Position numbers and translations under genes: made by a program
Shown: positions 62,165 through 64,000 of the stretch, in pieces
How the letters are laid out: the number at the start of each line of letters is the position of its first letter
Numbering within the stretch: position 1 is the stretch's first letter
The notes under the pieces: model-generated
The model's database searches: none
What the model was told of the DNA's origin: nothing
Seen by the model: only the letters and a program-made list of their open reading frames with translations
From: Xenococcaceae cyanobacterium
GTDB lineage: Bacteria; Cyanobacteriota; Cyanobacteriia; Cyanobacteriales; JBFRWF01
Assembly (NCBI GenBank): GCA_051439465.1
Contig: JBFRWF010000273.1
Coordinates: 46,666-110,665, forward strand
DNA: 64,000 nt
Direction: 5' to 3'

Positions 62165-62177
62165 AGGATGGCTGAAT

Positions 62178-62480
62178 ATGTTAAAGAAAATAAGCATTTT
62201 AATTGAAAAAAAAGATTCACTATACTTTGCCTACTGTCCTGAATTAGAAGACTATCAAGTTCAAGATAATTCTCTAGATGTTGTTTTTGAACAGCTTAAA
62301 CTTGCTGTCCAAAAACATCTAAAAAATTCCGATGAATCAAAAAAAGAAACAGCAGGTCAATCCATTATAAAATTAGTGGCTAAGTTTACAGAAGATCTGA
62401 CTGAAGAGGAAATTAAAAAATTCCCTACGGATGCAGCAGCACAGCACGATCATTACCTATATGGGACGCAAAAAAAATAA
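62178..62480 (+). CDS. Antitoxin (HicB-like fold N-terminus) of the adjacent PIN toxin
   Basis: ISILIEKKDSLYFAYCPELEDYQVQDNSLDVVFEQLKLAVQKHL. It ends 2 nt before the vapC-like ATG. Confidence 0.65.
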   Translation: MLKKISILIEKKDSLYFAYCPELEDYQVQDNSLDVVFEQLKLAVQKHLKNSDESKKETAGQSIIKLVAKFTEDLTEEEIKKFPTDAAAQHDHYLYGTQKK

Positions 62481-62482
62481 AG

Positions 62483-62899
62483 ATGAAGCTGATATTTGCA
62501 GATACCTTCTATTGGGTTGCGCTGCTTAATCCAAGGGATGATTGGCACAAGAGAGCAATAATGCTCACCAATAGTCTTCAGCAAGTTCAACTTGTCACAA
62601 CAGATGAAGTATTGACCGAAGTGCTTAACTTCCTTTCTACCTATGGAATTCGAATGCGGCGGCGTACTACTCAGTTAATTAGAGATATCATGGATAATCC
62701 AAATATCCAAGTTATTCAACAAACCCGTGAATCTTTTCTCCAGGGTTTAGATTTGTACCAAAGTCGTCTTGATAAAGAATATAGCCTCACAGACTGTATT
62801 TCCATGCAAACGATGAAGCAATTAGGAATTACTGAGGTGCTAACCCATGACAAACACTTTACTCAAGAAGGCTTTACCATTTTGTTTCAGGACAAATAA
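62483..62899 (+). CDS. vapC: PIN-domain toxin (VapC family)
   Basis: The acidic quartet is placed as in PIN domains: IFADTFY, TTDEVLTE, SLTDCIS, LTHDKHF. Confidence 0.85.
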   Translation: MKLIFADTFYWVALLNPRDDWHKRAIMLTNSLQQVQLVTTDEVLTEVLNFLSTYGIRMRRRTTQLIRDIMDNPNIQVIQQTRESFLQGLDLYQSRLDKEYSLTDCISMQTMKQLGITEVLTHDKHFTQEGFTILFQDK

Positions 62900-62943
62900 C
62901 CAAAGCGATCGCTTGTCTGTCCTGAAGGGGCAAAAGCATTACA

Positions 62944-64000
62944 ATGAACTATCCAATGGTGTTTTATCCTGAGTCAATTCAGGATTTTTGTCGTCAGCAT
63001 CTATTACCGACCTTATCCACTATCTCAGATGAGCAGGTAGAAACTTTAACTGAGTCACACCTTTCTCCTAACCTCCCGGTTTCCCCAAGCTTTCCTAAAC
63101 AGTTGGCAGCTAAGTCAACCAAACTGCTATGGGCAATTTGGTTGTTTTGGTTAGTAGGTGTTGTTCTAGGAGTGCTGTTGGGGGTAACTTTAGGCTTACC
63201 ACCCTTGGCTACTGTATCTTTTATCGGCGCTTATTGCTGTCTTTTGGCTACTCTCTATCTTTGGGTGAAAACGGGTTATACAAGGGTGCAGTCACGATAC
63301 AAAACTAAACTCGCTGAGTACCGACAGAAGTTGTCAGAGTACCAAGCTGCTCAAGCTCTCCCCAAGCCTGAAAACCCTACAAACTCAGAACTTCTTCAGG
63401 TTTCAAAAGAGAGCTACCAACAGCAGATTGAACAGCGCATGACAGCTTTGAGCCAACTATTGCAGAACAAAGCTAAACCGATTGGAGTGAGTGAGGCGAG
63501 ACAGGGGGTAAGTGAGGAGCAATTTTTACATCATCTCCAACATTATTTTGAGCATGCGGTTCAAGGGGCTGAATTTAAGACACCCTGGAAGGGTCACAAT
63601 TACTCGGCAGACTATTTGATTATCCATCCCCCATCTGGGCTTGGTATCAATTGTGAGTGTGATGAACCCTATGCCCTACTCTCTAAGCAACCTACTCACT
63701 GCCTCGATCAAGATAGCGATCGCCATCGCAATCGGTTCTTTTTAGAGAGGAATTGGATTGTGGTTCGTTTCAGTGAGCGTCAGGTGGTCCAAGCTCCTTT
63801 AAGCTGCTGCAAAGTCATTGCTCAGGTAATTGCAGTGGTGACTGGGGATAGGAGTTACTTACACCAATTTGAGTCTGTCCCTGACTTGTTACCCCAAAAA
63901 CCTTGGACTAAGGCTGATGCCAAACGGATGGCGAAGAAAAATTACCGCCTATCTTACCTGCCAGAAGAGGTACAACCCCCACAACAACGGGGTCGCAGAC
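62944..64000 (+). CDS. Membrane-anchored protein with a C-terminal DUF559/Vsr-like (PD-(D/E)XK-type) endonuclease-fold domain; 3' end is off the window
   Basis: Absent from the track because there is no stop in the window. I translated it by hand from ATG 62944 with no stops. Two TM helices (LLWAIWLFWLVGVVLGVLLGV, VSFIGAYCCLLATLYLWV). ADYLIIHPPSGLGINCECDEPY...DRHRNRFFLERNWIVVRFSERQV fits D...E.D...H...D..R...L...GW.V.RF. Confidence 0.6.
   Translation, partial: MNYPMVFYPESIQDFCRQHLLPTLSTISDEQVETLTESHLSPNLPVSPSFPKQLAAKSTKLLWAIWLFWLVGVVLGVLLGVTLGLPPLATVSFIGAYCCLLATLYLWVKTGYTRVQSRYKTKLAEYRQKLSEYQAAQALPKPENPTNSELLQVSKESYQQQIEQRMTALSQLLQNKAKPIGVSEARQGVSEEQFLHHLQHYFEHAVQGAEFKTPWKGHNYSADYLIIHPPSGLGINCECDEPYALLSKQPTHCLDQDSDRHRNRFFLERNWIVVRFSERQVVQAPLSCCKVIAQVIAVVTGDRSYLHQFESVPDLLPQKPWTKADAKRMAKKNYRLSYLPEEVQPPQQRGRR

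Noticed and set aside
1-64000. tRNA, rRNA, tmRNA, riboswitch or retron/DGR elements
   Set aside because: Reading both strands by eye turned up no cloverleaf-compatible segments, rRNA-like conserved blocks or reverse-transcriptase motifs (YxDD) in any listed ORF. This cannot be excluded without tRNAscan/Infernal.

Overview
This 64-kb window looks like part of a cyanobacterial plasmid or ICE-like replicon. By eye I found more than 20 HIP1 octamers (GCGATCGC), several heptameric STRR-like tandem repeats, and an xisH/xisI pair. It is mosaic and gene-dense. (1) Left edge: a >950-aa sacsin/Hsp90-type GHKL ATPase running off the window, an IS630 element whose transposase carries one in-frame TAG, and a transposase fragment. 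(2) A dispersed private replisome: a family-A DNA polymerase with proofreading domain (5117-6946), dnaX-holA (26262-28633), dnaN (29932-31275), an SF1B Dda/RecD-like helicase (32465-33853), and a putative initiator translationally coupled to an intein-containing dnaB (38952-42037). (3) Maintenance genes: parA-parB, a tyrosine recombinase and VapC/antitoxin. (4) Conjugation genes: a VirD4-type coupling protein, apparently co-transcribed with two sensor kinases, plus a lambda-lysozyme-like secreted protein (8.4-17.9 kb), and a minus-strand T4SS array with VirB2-, VirB3/4-, VirB6-, VirB8-, VirB10- and VirB9-like genes (43.5-52.5 kb). I could not recognise a relaxase. (5) Mobile or decayed DNA: an IS200/IS605 element (tnpA, tnpB and presumed omega-RNA), orphan copies of its right end, a TnpB-like fragment and toxin-antitoxin remnants. 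The most unusual item is a 1160-aa ORF (55770-59252, minus) heading the transfer-strand gene array. Its translation carries the collinear signature blocks of cellular (eukaryotic-type) RNA-dependent RNA polymerases and two-barrel RNA polymerases, including a DFDGDQ metal-binding loop. Other notable signals: an identical clamp-binding-type peptide QISLF in the plasmid polymerase and at the C-terminus of its unknown neighbour; a lambda-ori-like iteron/palindrome array inside the initiator gene; and twin 13-bp-arm palindromes bracketing a small zinc-ribbon gene. All functional calls come from motif reading by eye. No database search was run.
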